A DNA stretch of 64,000 bases, taken from contig CM119268.1 of NCBI GenBank assembly GCA_051294375.1, positions 17,885,562 through 17,949,561 on the forward strand, written 5' to 3'. The stretch comes from Paraspadella gotoi. Taxonomy: Eukaryota; Animalia; Chaetognatha. The translations under genes and the position numbers were made by a program. The notes beneath the pieces were generated by a model, which saw only the letters and a program-made list of their open reading frames with translations, was not told the DNA's origin and did no database searches. Within the stretch, counting starts at the first letter, position 1. The number at the start of each line of letters is the position of its first letter. Below, one piece after another: positions 50,128-62,087 of the stretch.

Positions 50128-52407
50128 ATGGAGGAACCAACTATTTATGACGAAATTAACGATGATTCGGTTGCCAGAAATGATTCTGGATTCAATACGA
50201 CCCAAGACGATGAGGATGATGATGAAGAGATAGTACGTTTGGTCGCTGCTTTAAGATCAGAAGAAGCGGATAAGACGGCAAGAGAAGAATCCCTGAGAGT
50301 CAAAAGGGAGCATCTTCGTAAGCTCCAGGACGAATTGGGTCTCAAACCTAAAGAAAAGAAAGAAGACAAAAAGGCGGATCTTTTGAAGAGATTGAGCGAT
50401 GTTAAAGAGGCCAAAGGAAAGGTGAAGAAAGAACGAGATGCTACGGTGACTAGTTTGAAGGACACACTGACGCGGTCCAGAGATTCGGAAGAGTTGGATC
50501 AAGAGGAAATGTTGGACGATTTATTGCTCCAAGAAATGAGAAAGCTTCAAAAAGAGAAAGTCGCCAAGAAAGACAGAGTGAGAGAGAAAATGGAAGAGTT
50601 ACGACTCCTTCGGAGCGCCCACGCTCAGGAGGTCGAGCGCAAAAAGATGCACGAGGCTTTGAAAAAGGCCAAAGACGATCGGAGATTTTTGGAGAAGTCG
50701 GGGAAGAAGAAAGCCGCGGACGCGGAGAGACTCAAGGAGGAATTGAAAAGGATACAAATGGAGAATGAGAGGAAAATGGAGGAAGCAGTCAAGGCGGCGG
50801 ATTTGACGAGAGAGTTAAGCTACACATTAGAAAAGGAAAGGAGAGTTGAAACGACGTTGATGAAGAGAAAGGAGGAAATCGCTCAACTGTTGAGACTTTT
50901 GAAAAAACCGCAAATAGTTGATTTTTGCTTTTTAGTCGATGCCACTGGCAGCATGAGTTCTTACATTAATCAGGTTCGAGACGAAATCAAGGACACAGTC
51001 ACAGAACTCTCAATGAAACATTCCCATTTGAAACTGAATCTGGCTTTTGTCGCTTACCGGGATCATTGCGACGCGGAAAAAAGCTATGGTCAGTACAGCA
51101 TACTCCCATTCACCGATTCACTTGAAAAGTTTAAAGATTTTGTCGGTACTGTGAAAGCGGACGGAGGGGGTGATGGGCCTGAAGACGTTTTTGGCGGCTT
51201 TCAAAAAGCAATCTCCCTTGATTGGTCGGCGCCAATGACCAGAGTTCTGATCCATATTGCTGACGCTCCCTGTCATGGAAAACGCTTTCATTCTTTGTCG
51301 GATGATTATCCTGCAGGCGATCCCAAAGGTCTCAAGGCAGAAGACTTGTTGAAACAGCTCAGAGTAGACTGTAACATATTTAATTTCTTGTTTTGCCGAA
51401 TAAATAACTCAACTGACAAAATGATAGAAGAATTCAAAGGAATTTTGAGTGAACATAGTGATTGGCTAAAAGTTATGTCATTGACGTCATTGGATATTCT
51501 AATGGAAACTGTATCAAAAACGATATCATCTTCCATTTATGATTCAGAAACCAGGACTGTAGCAACATTTTATTCCAGGGGTGGGGGTAAAATGAAAGAG
51601 TTTACATTGGATACAAATATTCCCGAAAACTGGAATGAATTTCCGATTAAAAAATACGAATGCAAATATTTTGTTCTTCCGGAACTCCCTGATCCGAAAC
51701 CAGCAAAAATAGCGGAATTAGTGAAATCGGATTTTGAAATGAGGACAAGCCATGGTGTGATTCAGATTGCTCCGAACCCATTTGCCGAAGGCGCTCTTAG
51801 AATAGCTTTTCACGCCAAGGAGCGCGGCCAACACGATTCAGAAATGAAACCTTGCGTCATCAAGGATTACAAAAAATTAGATATAAAGAGAAATGCTTTG
51901 GAAAAGCATGTGAGTGAAATGGAAACACAAGCAATAGCATCCTTTTTTGCCAATTGCTTTAGCAAAGTTAAGCCAAAAGGAGCAAAAGATATGTCTTATC
52001 TACCAACTGAAACAATCGAAATAGACTCAGAGTATTTTTCAAAAGAACAATATTTGGATGGGAGTTTTCAGAAATTTAACAATAATTGGGGTTGGGTGGA
52101 TGAAGAATCTTTCAGTGCTTCAATACAGGCATTTAGTCATTGGACTTATGATGTAACCACAGGTTATTTAATTGTTGTTGATCTTCAGGGCAAAAAAAAT
52201 GACTCCGTTGTACTATTGACAGATCCTGTAATTCATTGTAAAAACCTTGCCCGCTTTGGGCGGACAAATTTAGGTTTCGAAGGAATTTCAAAATTTTTTA
52301 TGTCACATGCATGCAACAAAGTTTGTTTGAAAATGAAGCTCAGGCCTCATCCTGAACAGCCATTGTTTAAAAAAGCGCCTGTGTCTGCTACTGTTTTATT
52401 TGACTAA
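50128..52407 (+). CDS. Intronless coiled-coil + vWA + alpha-kinase (VwkA-like architecture), 759 aa, catalytic motifs intact
   Basis: vWA: DFCFLVDATGSM (MIDAS), FVAYRDH, GGGDGPEDV, LIHIADAPCHG. Alpha-kinase: PFAEGALR, VIK, KFNNN, QAFSHWTY, VVDLQG, LTDPVIH, FGRTNLG, HACNKVC. Confidence 0.93.
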   Translation: MEEPTIYDEINDDSVARNDSGFNTTQDDEDDDEEIVRLVAALRSEEADKTAREESLRVKREHLRKLQDELGLKPKEKKEDKKADLLKRLSDVKEAKGKVKKERDATVTSLKDTLTRSRDSEELDQEEMLDDLLLQEMRKLQKEKVAKKDRVREKMEELRLLRSAHAQEVERKKMHEALKKAKDDRRFLEKSGKKKAADAERLKEELKRIQMENERKMEEAVKAADLTRELSYTLEKERRVETTLMKRKEEIAQLLRLLKKPQIVDFCFLVDATGSMSSYINQVRDEIKDTVTELSMKHSHLKLNLAFVAYRDHCDAEKSYGQYSILPFTDSLEKFKDFVGTVKADGGGDGPEDVFGGFQKAISLDWSAPMTRVLIHIADAPCHGKRFHSLSDDYPAGDPKGLKAEDLLKQLRVDCNIFNFLFCRINNSTDKMIEEFKGILSEHSDWLKVMSLTSLDILMETVSKTISSSIYDSETRTVATFYSRGGGKMKEFTLDTNIPENWNEFPIKKYECKYFVLPELPDPKPAKIAELVKSDFEMRTSHGVIQIAPNPFAEGALRIAFHAKERGQHDSEMKPCVIKDYKKLDIKRNALEKHVSEMETQAIASFFANCFSKVKPKGAKDMSYLPTETIEIDSEYFSKEQYLDGSFQKFNNNWGWVDEESFSASIQAFSHWTYDVTTGYLIVVDLQGKKNDSVVLLTDPVIHCKNLARFGRTNLGFEGISKFFMSHACNKVCLKMKLRPHPEQPLFKKAPVSATVLFD

Positions 52408-53185
52408 GAAAAAAACTTTTATAGATTGCATAAAGAATTGGGTGACTTTGGGGGAAAAGAAATTGGCTGTTAAATTTTTCCTCGAATTTTGAATCTGTAT
52501 TGCTTTTGCTGGTGACTTTTTTTTTTACTAGACTTAATAGTTTCTTTGCTTTTTCGAATAATTTGTTTTTTAGTTTAGAGCTTTTTTGGCGGAAAAGTAC
52601 AAGTATTAACTTTCTAATTATTGTTTTTGAAATCAAATACATTTGAGTGTTGAGACCATATTTACCGTATATATCTGAACAGAGTCCGTTCTAAAAAATG
52701 ACTTATAAATTTCGAAATATTTTAATATTTAAAAAAATCGTAAAAGTAACATTTTATTGCATTTACAGTATGTAATTAAAAATTTATGTTAATGAAATAT
52801 TACATGTGTATCATAAAATCATCTTAGAAATAAAAAAGTACTAAAAATAAATAATAATAAATAATAATTCAAAAAGTAATTAAAAACAAATTCGTTAATT
52901 GGAATAAAAAATTCATGTCCCATCATTTTTGTTCACTAAAATTTTTATTTACATATACGTGGTAAAATGAAATGCCTTTTTTTATCATACAAAGTAATAT
53001 GATTTTTTATAATGAAAATATAATGAAAAATATAATGAAAATAACGAAGAAGAAAAATCAAACACAAATCTGCTTTTACAAACCATGTAAACATTTTTTT
53101 TAAATGATTCTTCAAATCCTTGTGAATGAATGAATGCAATAAATGTTAATTTATGTTTTGATTTTTTTATAGATAAATTTCAATT

Positions 53186-55708
53186 ATGGCAACTTCCGCT
53201 GATTACGATGCCTCTGATGTTACTGATCCTGACACTGTCCATCGTATAAAGGAATTAGAAAGAAAACTTGCTCTTGAAAAAGAGAGGATGGCCTCCCGAT
53301 GCCTTCTCATGGATAAACCTCGAAATCGAGTAGCAAAACAACCATCTTTTGAGCCACTGAAAGAACAAAAAACCATCGAAAGAGCTCAGGAAATAGTGGA
53401 TGGCGACGATCGTCAAACGAAAATTCGACTTCTAAAAATAGACGAAAAAAGAGAAAAAAAACCAAAAGTTAGCGAAAAGAAACAACAATTTTTGGCGGAA
53501 TTAGAAAAATTACGACTAGAAAATGCAGAAGTGGACAATATTTTGGATAAGCTCGATTCTGAAATTGAAACTTGCAAAGTTGAAAAAGATGAAAAACTTG
53601 AACAAGAACACAGTATAAATTTAGAAACTTTGAAATTACAAGAGGAAATCAGGGAAGAAAGGGAAAAATCAAAGCAAATTTCAATATTAAAGGAACGAAT
53701 AAGTCAAATATTACACAAAATGAATAAGTCGCATAGTATTCAAATATGTTTTGCAACAAATCTTCAAACTCAATCATCAGAGTTTCTTTTTCAAACCCTT
53801 AATAATAATATTGAGTCACTTAAAAATTATCTTCTTCAAATGTTTTCAAACTTTGTAGTAACAGATTCATTTGTTTATACAAATGGCTATCACTCTACAG
53901 TATCTATTGATTTTGGGCACACGGACGTTAATATAAAATGGAAAAAGTATTACAACATTACTACTGGAGACATTTTATTTACAATGAATTCTGTTCAAAG
54001 TTTAAAGTGGGACCCAAACACCTTTGGAATATTGTTATTACTAGTAGATAACTATTTTCCTACTCATCAGAGAAAAAAACTAAAAGATTTTTTTAAAGTA
54101 ACTGGAGTCCAAAGGGTTATTATTGCGTGCGAAAAACATTTACCAGAAAATGTAACAGAAAAGTGGAAATCGATTTTGCCTATCTTGCCAGATTTTACTG
54201 GTAATGTTAGCTCAGTATCAATTCTTTCTTCTGTTAGCACCCTAATAGAAAAGTTCATTTGGAGAGAAGAAAATAAAATATTTAGAAAATTTGTTTTTGG
54301 AACTCCAGATCCCTATTTCTCTCCGGCTAATTATTATAAATCCCATCATGGCATGGTTGTTGAACAAGGCGTCGTACATGGGAAAAAGACTGAACTAAGC
54401 GAAGTACTTTTCACAAGCAAAACGTTGAGACTCAATGAAATCAAACGTCATATCATTAGTCGAAGCAACGATTTTCAAATTGTCAGAGACTCCTACCCGC
54501 ACCAAAAAGACACTTTATGGAGTAAGTACTATGGATATTTTAAAGAAAAAACATTTGTTCTGAAATGTCTTAGTAAAAATGGCGGAACCGAACTCTTAAT
54601 GAGTATAATTGAATCTATGAGTACAGCTGAATTGATGGGTCGAATTTTCAATAACATTTTAAGAATTGATGTTAAGTTGGGATTCAGCGAAAAAAAATTT
54701 TTTACAGCACCTGAATCTGATTTCATTATAGAACAGTACAACACCGAAAGAAAAATTCTTAATTTTACCGATCATGAGGTGATTAATGCTTTTTCTCACT
54801 GGACCCATGATGTCACCGAGGGGTGCTTATTAGTTGAAGTCATTGAAGCTTACAGAAGTAGCAACAACTATGTTATCACAGAAGTGGCTATCCACTCGGA
54901 AGATGTTTTAAACTATAGTTTTTCAAATCTTGCATATCCGGGTGTTGAAAAATATTTCTCTAAGCATGTTTGCAGTTCGGTATGTTCTTACCTCAGTCTT
55001 AAACAAAATTTTAATCAAAACAGAGAGCAAATCGTTACGATAACAAAACCGATAATTCCTGCAAATATTCCCGCATCAAGCCCTTCTTTTTGGGATAAAA
55101 CTAAGAACCTTTTATTTGGTGAACAATCTCAAATTTCACCAAAAGAGCATTTCAGTCACGAAGACCAATCACCAAGACCAGGAGGAGTTCAACCAGAAAT
55201 CAAGGCACACATTAAAAAGGAAAAGTCCGAACGCGCAGCGATGAAACAAAAATCCGTTGCTGAATCACCGATCTTGCCTGACAAGAAATATTTTCCGCAA
55301 ATACACGAAAAGAAGATCATCAACGAAGAAACGGGATTCAAGCTCGATTCTAAACGAGAAGTAGAGGTTAACCGTGACACAAAAGATTCTTATTACGAAG
55401 AAGCATTACAGTTAAAAGGTCTTGACAGAGTTCCTCAAAACATGATCCGTTCAGAAAAAAAGAAAGAATCTATTTCAATTGTCGACAGGGACAGTTCTGA
55501 CTTCCGTCGTATAGATCGCGCCAAAGAACCTTTCATAAGATCGCAAGCCCCAAGGTCATTTAATGTCAAACACTCAAAAGTCTTTGGACGCGTTTCCCAA
55601 CAAACCGACTCTTTAGCGAAATATCAGCGGGGAAAAAGCAAAGATGATACATGCATCGATGAAATAAGCGGACGTGGTGACTTTACAAAGAAACATTTTG
55701 GCGAGTGA
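53186..55708 (+). CDS. Intronless coiled-coil + degenerate vWA + alpha-pseudokinase, 840 aa; divergent paralog of the upstream gene
   Basis: Retains NAFSHWTHDVTEG, AIHS, SNLAYPGVEKYFSKHVCSSVC and vWA-like SLKWDPNTFGILLLLVD. MIDAS, the Gly loop, VVDLQG and TDP motifs are substituted. Confidence 0.85.
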   Translation: MATSADYDASDVTDPDTVHRIKELERKLALEKERMASRCLLMDKPRNRVAKQPSFEPLKEQKTIERAQEIVDGDDRQTKIRLLKIDEKREKKPKVSEKKQQFLAELEKLRLENAEVDNILDKLDSEIETCKVEKDEKLEQEHSINLETLKLQEEIREEREKSKQISILKERISQILHKMNKSHSIQICFATNLQTQSSEFLFQTLNNNIESLKNYLLQMFSNFVVTDSFVYTNGYHSTVSIDFGHTDVNIKWKKYYNITTGDILFTMNSVQSLKWDPNTFGILLLLVDNYFPTHQRKKLKDFFKVTGVQRVIIACEKHLPENVTEKWKSILPILPDFTGNVSSVSILSSVSTLIEKFIWREENKIFRKFVFGTPDPYFSPANYYKSHHGMVVEQGVVHGKKTELSEVLFTSKTLRLNEIKRHIISRSNDFQIVRDSYPHQKDTLWSKYYGYFKEKTFVLKCLSKNGGTELLMSIIESMSTAELMGRIFNNILRIDVKLGFSEKKFFTAPESDFIIEQYNTERKILNFTDHEVINAFSHWTHDVTEGCLLVEVIEAYRSSNNYVITEVAIHSEDVLNYSFSNLAYPGVEKYFSKHVCSSVCSYLSLKQNFNQNREQIVTITKPIIPANIPASSPSFWDKTKNLLFGEQSQISPKEHFSHEDQSPRPGGVQPEIKAHIKKEKSERAAMKQKSVAESPILPDKKYFPQIHEKKIINEETGFKLDSKREVEVNRDTKDSYYEEALQLKGLDRVPQNMIRSEKKKESISIVDRDSSDFRRIDRAKEPFIRSQAPRSFNVKHSKVFGRVSQQTDSLAKYQRGKSKDDTCIDEISGRGDFTKKHFGE

Positions 55709-56044
55709 ATGGTGTTATCAAATTTTGCCCTTATTTATGACTTTTTTAGGCGATGGAGCTTTTAGAATTAGCATTCATTTCTAATGTTTTATTTTGTTCA
55801 TATTGATTTCGCATTCATATCCAAATTTTAATGCTTTTAATGAAACTATCTATAGTTTCTTGGTGAACGATAATGAAAATTATTTACAGTTTTGTTCAAG
55901 TAATTTGATAAACGATGATAAATTTTTGCCAAAAATAAACTATAACGTACTGATTTTTCTGAAAAAAAATTTACAAACTAGTATGGAATCCGTAATACAA
56001 TTTTAAATCACTAGCATGATGGACTGAGATGTCAAAACTAAAGG

Positions 56045-56397
56045 TTTTTAGTTGCGCCGCGAGTACTCGCGGAGAAACACTGTAAGTCACTTTTCGGTCG
56101 GTCTGTTGGTCGGTCGGTCCCTCGATCGGTCGGTCAGTATGTCTACTTACATTAAAAATGCATATGAATTGCCTATAGTAAGTTGCTCATTTGTTAAATA
56201 AAAAAACCTCAAATCTAAGGGATATATAAATATAAGGAATAAAGGAGGGAATTTAGATGCAGTGCATGTCATAAATAAATGGGCTAAAAAGTTTTTTAGT
56301 CATGTTAAGTCATGTCATGTCATATCATGTGATCAAAGGGAACAACATGTGAAAATAAAATCACTGCGGCGCAACACATTGGAATTACCGTTCTTGT
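56045..56397 (+). mobile_element. HINE/DINE-1-like non-autonomous Helentron-associated element
   Basis: Starts in a T run. Subterminal IR GTTGCGCCGC (56051-56060) / GCGGCGCAAC (56366-56375), 5' palindrome CCGCGAGTACTCGCGG, (GGTC)n microsatellite, internal (CATGT)n, and a 3' end CTTGT followed by T. Confidence 0.65.
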
Positions 56398-56535
56398 TAA
56401 TAAATTAGAAAGCCCAGGGAAGAGCGTTGAACTTAAACTTTGGAAGAAAATTGGGAAATCAAATATAAATGAAATTGAAAATTCAATGAATGCAAATAAA
56501 GTTCATCTTTTGCCTTGTTTAACGTCACAAAATCC

Positions 56536-56634
<99 letters not shown>

Positions 56635-57183
56635 TCTCCTTCTCGATCTCTAAACACAAACATGACCTTCAAAGCTCATCATCACATCTAATAAGAGATG
56701 TCCTCTCATCAGATCTTTTTCGTCCCGAATAAAACTTCTCTCTCCGTCGCCATTTTCTTTGCATTTTTTTTAAAACGCAGCCCAGCATCCTTAAAAGGAT
56801 AAGAAAACTTACATTTAGTGTGGTGTAACCGATGGGTTATTTTGCAGGATAATAATGTTGAATATTTTTTTATGATTAGTATTTCCTAGTATATCACGCT
56901 ATTTCTCGAATTTTTAAATCGAAATTCTTAAATATTTAAATATTTTTACTTTTTTCGATTTTATTAGAATTCACTATTAAAAATAGCCATTTTTATTTTA
57001 AAAAATTATATAAAATTAATGAAAAAATGATAGTAATTTCGAACAATTTTACTGTGAAATAATATTTCATTTTTTATTTCGAATTTGTGTACTAATTTTT
57101 ATTTCAAAATTAGTATGTAATTAATATAATGGTTATATTTTTGTCGCATCATCGAATTAAATCAAACTTCTTTTGATACAATT

Positions 57184-57247
<64 letters not shown>

Positions 57248-58216
57248 CTCCCTCTCTCCCGTCCTTTCAATTCGTCTTTTCATGGTCCCCTCTTTTGAGG
57301 CCGCGAGTTAAAAAAAAAAAGAAAAAGAAATAGAAACCCTCCCATTCCCACTTATATATACAGAGCTTTGAGTTTTTTCTTTTTCTTTCCTCCGGCGAGG
57401 CGAGGGAGCGATTCGGTCTTAATGCGCGCGATCATCTGCTCTGAGAAGTTAAAACCGCAAAAAATGTGCCTTGATTTGGGATAGAGGACGACGGGGGAAA
57501 GATATCGGCCTGAGGAGGGTGGAGGAAAGGAAAGAAATGGGGGAGGAGGAATGGAGGAAAGAAGGAAAATGGAGAAAAGAAGTTGGCCGTGAATGGAGGG
57601 GATGGGGTGGAGGAAAGGAAAGAAATTTGGGAGGAGGGATGGAGGAAAGAAGAAAAAGGGAGGCGAAAAGGAAAGGGGTGTGAGGATAACTGTATTCGGA
57701 AATACTATTGAGAATGAGAAAAGAAATCGTTAGGGCGGGAAGAGGAGAGAGGAAATTAAAGAGTGATTGAAAAAGAAAAGGGGAAAAATGAAACAGTTGA
57801 AAAAGAAGACGAAGGATTGTAAGATAGGTTGAGATAAAAAGAAAATATATTTACTCCTATTTGTAATGAGAAACTAAGTCATTGAGGCGCAACTCCTTAG
57901 TATAAACTATTTTTGTTATAATATTTTTGGAGTCGAACCAGCATTATGAAAAAGTCCTGCCTAATGTGAAACGGTTGTTGCTTCATGTTCATTAGGACAG
58001 ATTAAAATGATGAATCCTAATTCATATGTCAAAAAAGAGCGGTACATTGATGCTGTAGATGTTTTAAAATGTATTCTTAATATTGTAAAGCATCAGTAAA
58101 CGTCATAAAACCTATGACGGTCTTTCCGAAAGCAAAATTAATTCTTTTATTTAACTCTGAAAATAAATTTTAAAAAAAGTAGCTGTCGAAAGGATAGTCG
58201 AAACCAGTTCGAAGAT

Positions 58217-58250
<34 letters not shown>

Positions 58251-58438
58251 ACGTCTCGAGTACGAGGACGACCACAACGCCAGAGAAAAAACACTGAGAA
58301 GCGTTGCATCCCTTAGCGGAAAAAAGACGTCTAGGAAAAAAATGAAAGTTTGATTAGTAATAAACTGAATTTTTTTAGTCTTAGTCCACTGGCAAAAAAA
58401 AAAAAGAGATAAAGGGAAAGAAAGAGAGAGAGAGAGAG

Positions 58439-58521
<83 letters not shown>

Positions 58522-60223
58522 TCGGATAAGCAAGTAAATAGTGGCATGTTTACTCATATCATATAATCAAAAGTGGTACAGCAGAACGAACGAACAGAAT
58601 ATTGGCACAGACGGGAAGGGTAGAGAGACACGAGAGAGAGAGAGAGAGAAAATACATGATTAATGAACTTCTTGCCATTATGGTTTATTGACTTGGCGCT
58701 ATTTTAGGAGGAAGAAACAACGTCAAAAGAGACAAGAGTGGGAAGTAGAGTTAAAGAGGTTGGAAGAAATATAGGAAAAGAGAGAGAGAGAGAGCGAGAG
58801 AGAGGCAAAACTAGAGCTGAAAACCAATTTCCCAAGTTGGTCTCCAAGATTTACATCTAACACACACACACGAACACACACACACACACAAACAGACACA
58901 CACACACACGCACAGACACACACTCAGAGAGCGAGAGAGAGGGAGAGAGAGAACAGAAGAAAAAACCCTCCCCTTCTTTTCATCCTCAGCGACTGATTAA
59001 CATAAAATTGCATAATCAAAATAAATGATAAACGCGCCAATGTTTTTTTTTTCCTTTTTCTTTTTCCGATCTTTTTCTTTCTTTTTTTTTTATCAAAGCT
59101 GCATTAGAATATCCTTCCTCTCGTTCGCCTGCGGGGGACTTGATGAGCGACCATGAATGCGCCACACTCCAACCTACTAATCCACTCGACCCTTTTAATC
59201 CACCATCTACCCCACCGCTCTAATCCACCATCACTTTAACCCTTCCCCTCATAATCACTCACCCTTTCACCACCTTCTCTTTTCCTTCATATAATCCCCT
59301 CACCTTTTTATAAACAATGCTTCCTCTCTCGATCCCCAGTTGTTTTTTTTTCTTTTTTTTTGCACCCCTTTTGTTTTACTTGATGAGTTGCTCTCTTTTT
59401 TTTCTCTCTCTCTCTCTTCCGCTGGAAATCGAGGATAATTTGTTGTTTTCTCGGTCGCCACCTGCGTCGCTGTCGTCGCCGACTTTCCCTAGTTTAGATA
59501 GAAGGATCAGCAAGAAGGAAAAGGATTTTTTTTTCTTTTGTTAATCGTTAATCGCGAGTTCGAGGTAATATTATATTCTTATCAGTTTAATTTTTTGCTA
59601 TGCATATTTGGAGGGTGTTAGGACCTGAAAACACCAATATTAACAATGTATAAATATATTAATTAATAGGTATACTATTTACTTTATCTAATTCCTTCAC
59701 GACATATGTTTCTTTAATGTTCAATACGACAATCCAACGCGGCCCACTTTCAGGTCTTTGGTTGGCCATCAATAAACTTCCTCAAAGAGCCAAAGATTCT
59801 TCAAATTGCGCCGCGAGGCAATATTATTCTCGTATTGAATTAAATCACTTTCGCTAGTAACATCATCATAATCGATAAAGACATTATCGCTATTAAATGA
59901 ATGTCCAACCATTATTTTTTTTTTTTTTTTATTGAAAGCTTGCAGGGACCCGCTATGTCATTATCTTGTAAGAGTGATGGAGGCCTTAAACCACCAAAGC
60001 CTGTCCAAAGTCAGGGGCAAGATAGCTTATTTATTAAATGAATGGATAATTTTTATATTGGTTGTACCAATTTCATAAAAATGAATGATAAGTCTAAAAC
60101 TCTAACTTGTTACTTGGAACTCATATATTCCTGATGAGAAACCTGGCCTAAAGTGGCCATAAAACTCATAAAACTTGGCCCATAAAACCCGTCGTAAATT
60201 CAAACTCGCCCATGGACAGCGAG

Positions 60224-60319
<96 letters not shown>

Positions 60320-61014
60320 ACGCGTTTTTGATAAGGAAAAACCTGTGAATTTCGTATTTATTGAAATAAATGATGGGAAAAAAGGCCAGAGGCGATTCCG
60401 GGCGGTTAGAGTCTCTCGTTAGGAAAAAAAACATTCGTCACTTAACGAAAATCAAGTCGCAACAGAGTCGGGTTTTCACGCCCGGGGTGAATTTTGTTTT
60501 GAGTTGGCGTGAAAAAGTTTTCAAACGATTTCGTCACCGAAGTTGCGACTCACCCTAACTGGCTTAGATATTTAATTTTTTGGGGGGTAAGCTTTAATAT
60601 TGATCGTTGACGAAGATTTATACTAATAATACAACGATTTATACAAAAACGACTTGTATCCAGACGACGATTACACTGCCCGACTTACTATTTAAAATTT
60701 AATGTTTCTCTGAAACTCCCGTTTTCAAACTTCCAAAAAATTTGTTACCGATCAATTTCGTCGGTATAGAATTCGGTTAAACTGGTCACACTTTTTTCAA
60801 TCCGTTATTTTGACACTAGTGAACTCGAATTAGAATAGCAAGAACGGGACCAAATTAATATTCGATGATCAAACGGTTGATTAACAGTTAATTAACATTT
60901 TTCATTAAGGAACTTAGCCGTAAAATAAAATTACCATTAATTCACTATCGTTTCGATTATGCCCAAAAAATTATGGACAAGAAGAAAAATGAAAACAAAA
61001 GGGGAAGCAAGGAA

Positions 61015-61152
<138 letters not shown>

Positions 61153-61768
61153 TGGAGGAAAATATAGAAAATGTCCTGGTCCCTGCGTTCCACATGATCG
61201 AAGTTCCATCTTGCATATTTATTGAATCATTATGTCGCCGACGACGACGACTACGACGAAAATGGCGACGACAGCAGCGGCGGCGTCGCCGGCGTCAGTG
61301 ACGGCGTCGCTGGCCGAAGCAGCAGCAAGGTCGGTGGAGGAGACTGTCGTGGCAAGGAGGTTTTTCGAACCCGTGAGGCGTGGCTGCAGCATTCAAACGA
61401 ATTAAGATATAGAAATAAAAAATATATACAAAATATATATAAAATCTTAAATTAATGGGACTAATGCGTTAAAATGAAAGATTCTTCTCTTTTAGGGAAC
61501 AAACTTTATCTAAAGTACTATTTTTACAAAGCCATGTCAACTATTTTTTTTATTAATAACAAAAACGATAATAACATAATTTAAAGACAGTAATGTTATG
61601 ATGACTAATTTTGTATTTAATGTAATAGCCGAAAATATAACTAATGACGGCGGGTCCTAACCAAATGCGCTATGTGACTGATTGAACATTAAGGCGGGAC
61701 AAAATCGAACACTCTTTATAACATCTAGTTCTCGATTGTTAAGTGTCATCTCATGCACCGAGTAGTTT

Positions 61769-61928
61769 GATAAAGAAAAACATTGATTTGGGAAACAGTG
61801 CTAATTTTATTTAGACCATGCATTCAAACCATTTAGCTGGTTCATTATTCAAGGCCAGAGAAATTGTGGTGAGGTAAAAAAAAAATTATTTTCAAATAAG
61901 AGAAGGTGAGAGGAAGAGGAGGAGACTC

Positions 61929-61980
<52 letters not shown>

Positions 61981-62087
61981 TTTCAACCACAATTTCTCTG
62001 GCCTTGAATAATGAACCAGCTAAATGGTTTGAATGCATGGTCTAAATAAAATTAGCACTGTTTCCCAAATCAATGTTTTTCTTTATC
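61769..62087. repeat. Perfect 102-bp inverted repeat (61769-61870 / 61986-62087) with a 115-bp (GA)n-containing spacer
   Basis: Base-by-base reverse-complement identity of the two arms. Confidence 0.92.

Noticed and set aside
52407-53186. Spliced fusion of kinase and pseudokinase into one tandem-kinase protein
   Set aside because: The only clear acceptor (53172) is followed by an in-frame TAA before the ATG, and ORF1 has its own stop.
60131-60180. Other CTGATGA occurrences (also ~9010 minus, ~39772 minus, ~56705 minus) as hammerheads
   Set aside because: None has a stem II followed by GAAA and a NUH site in the required arrangement.
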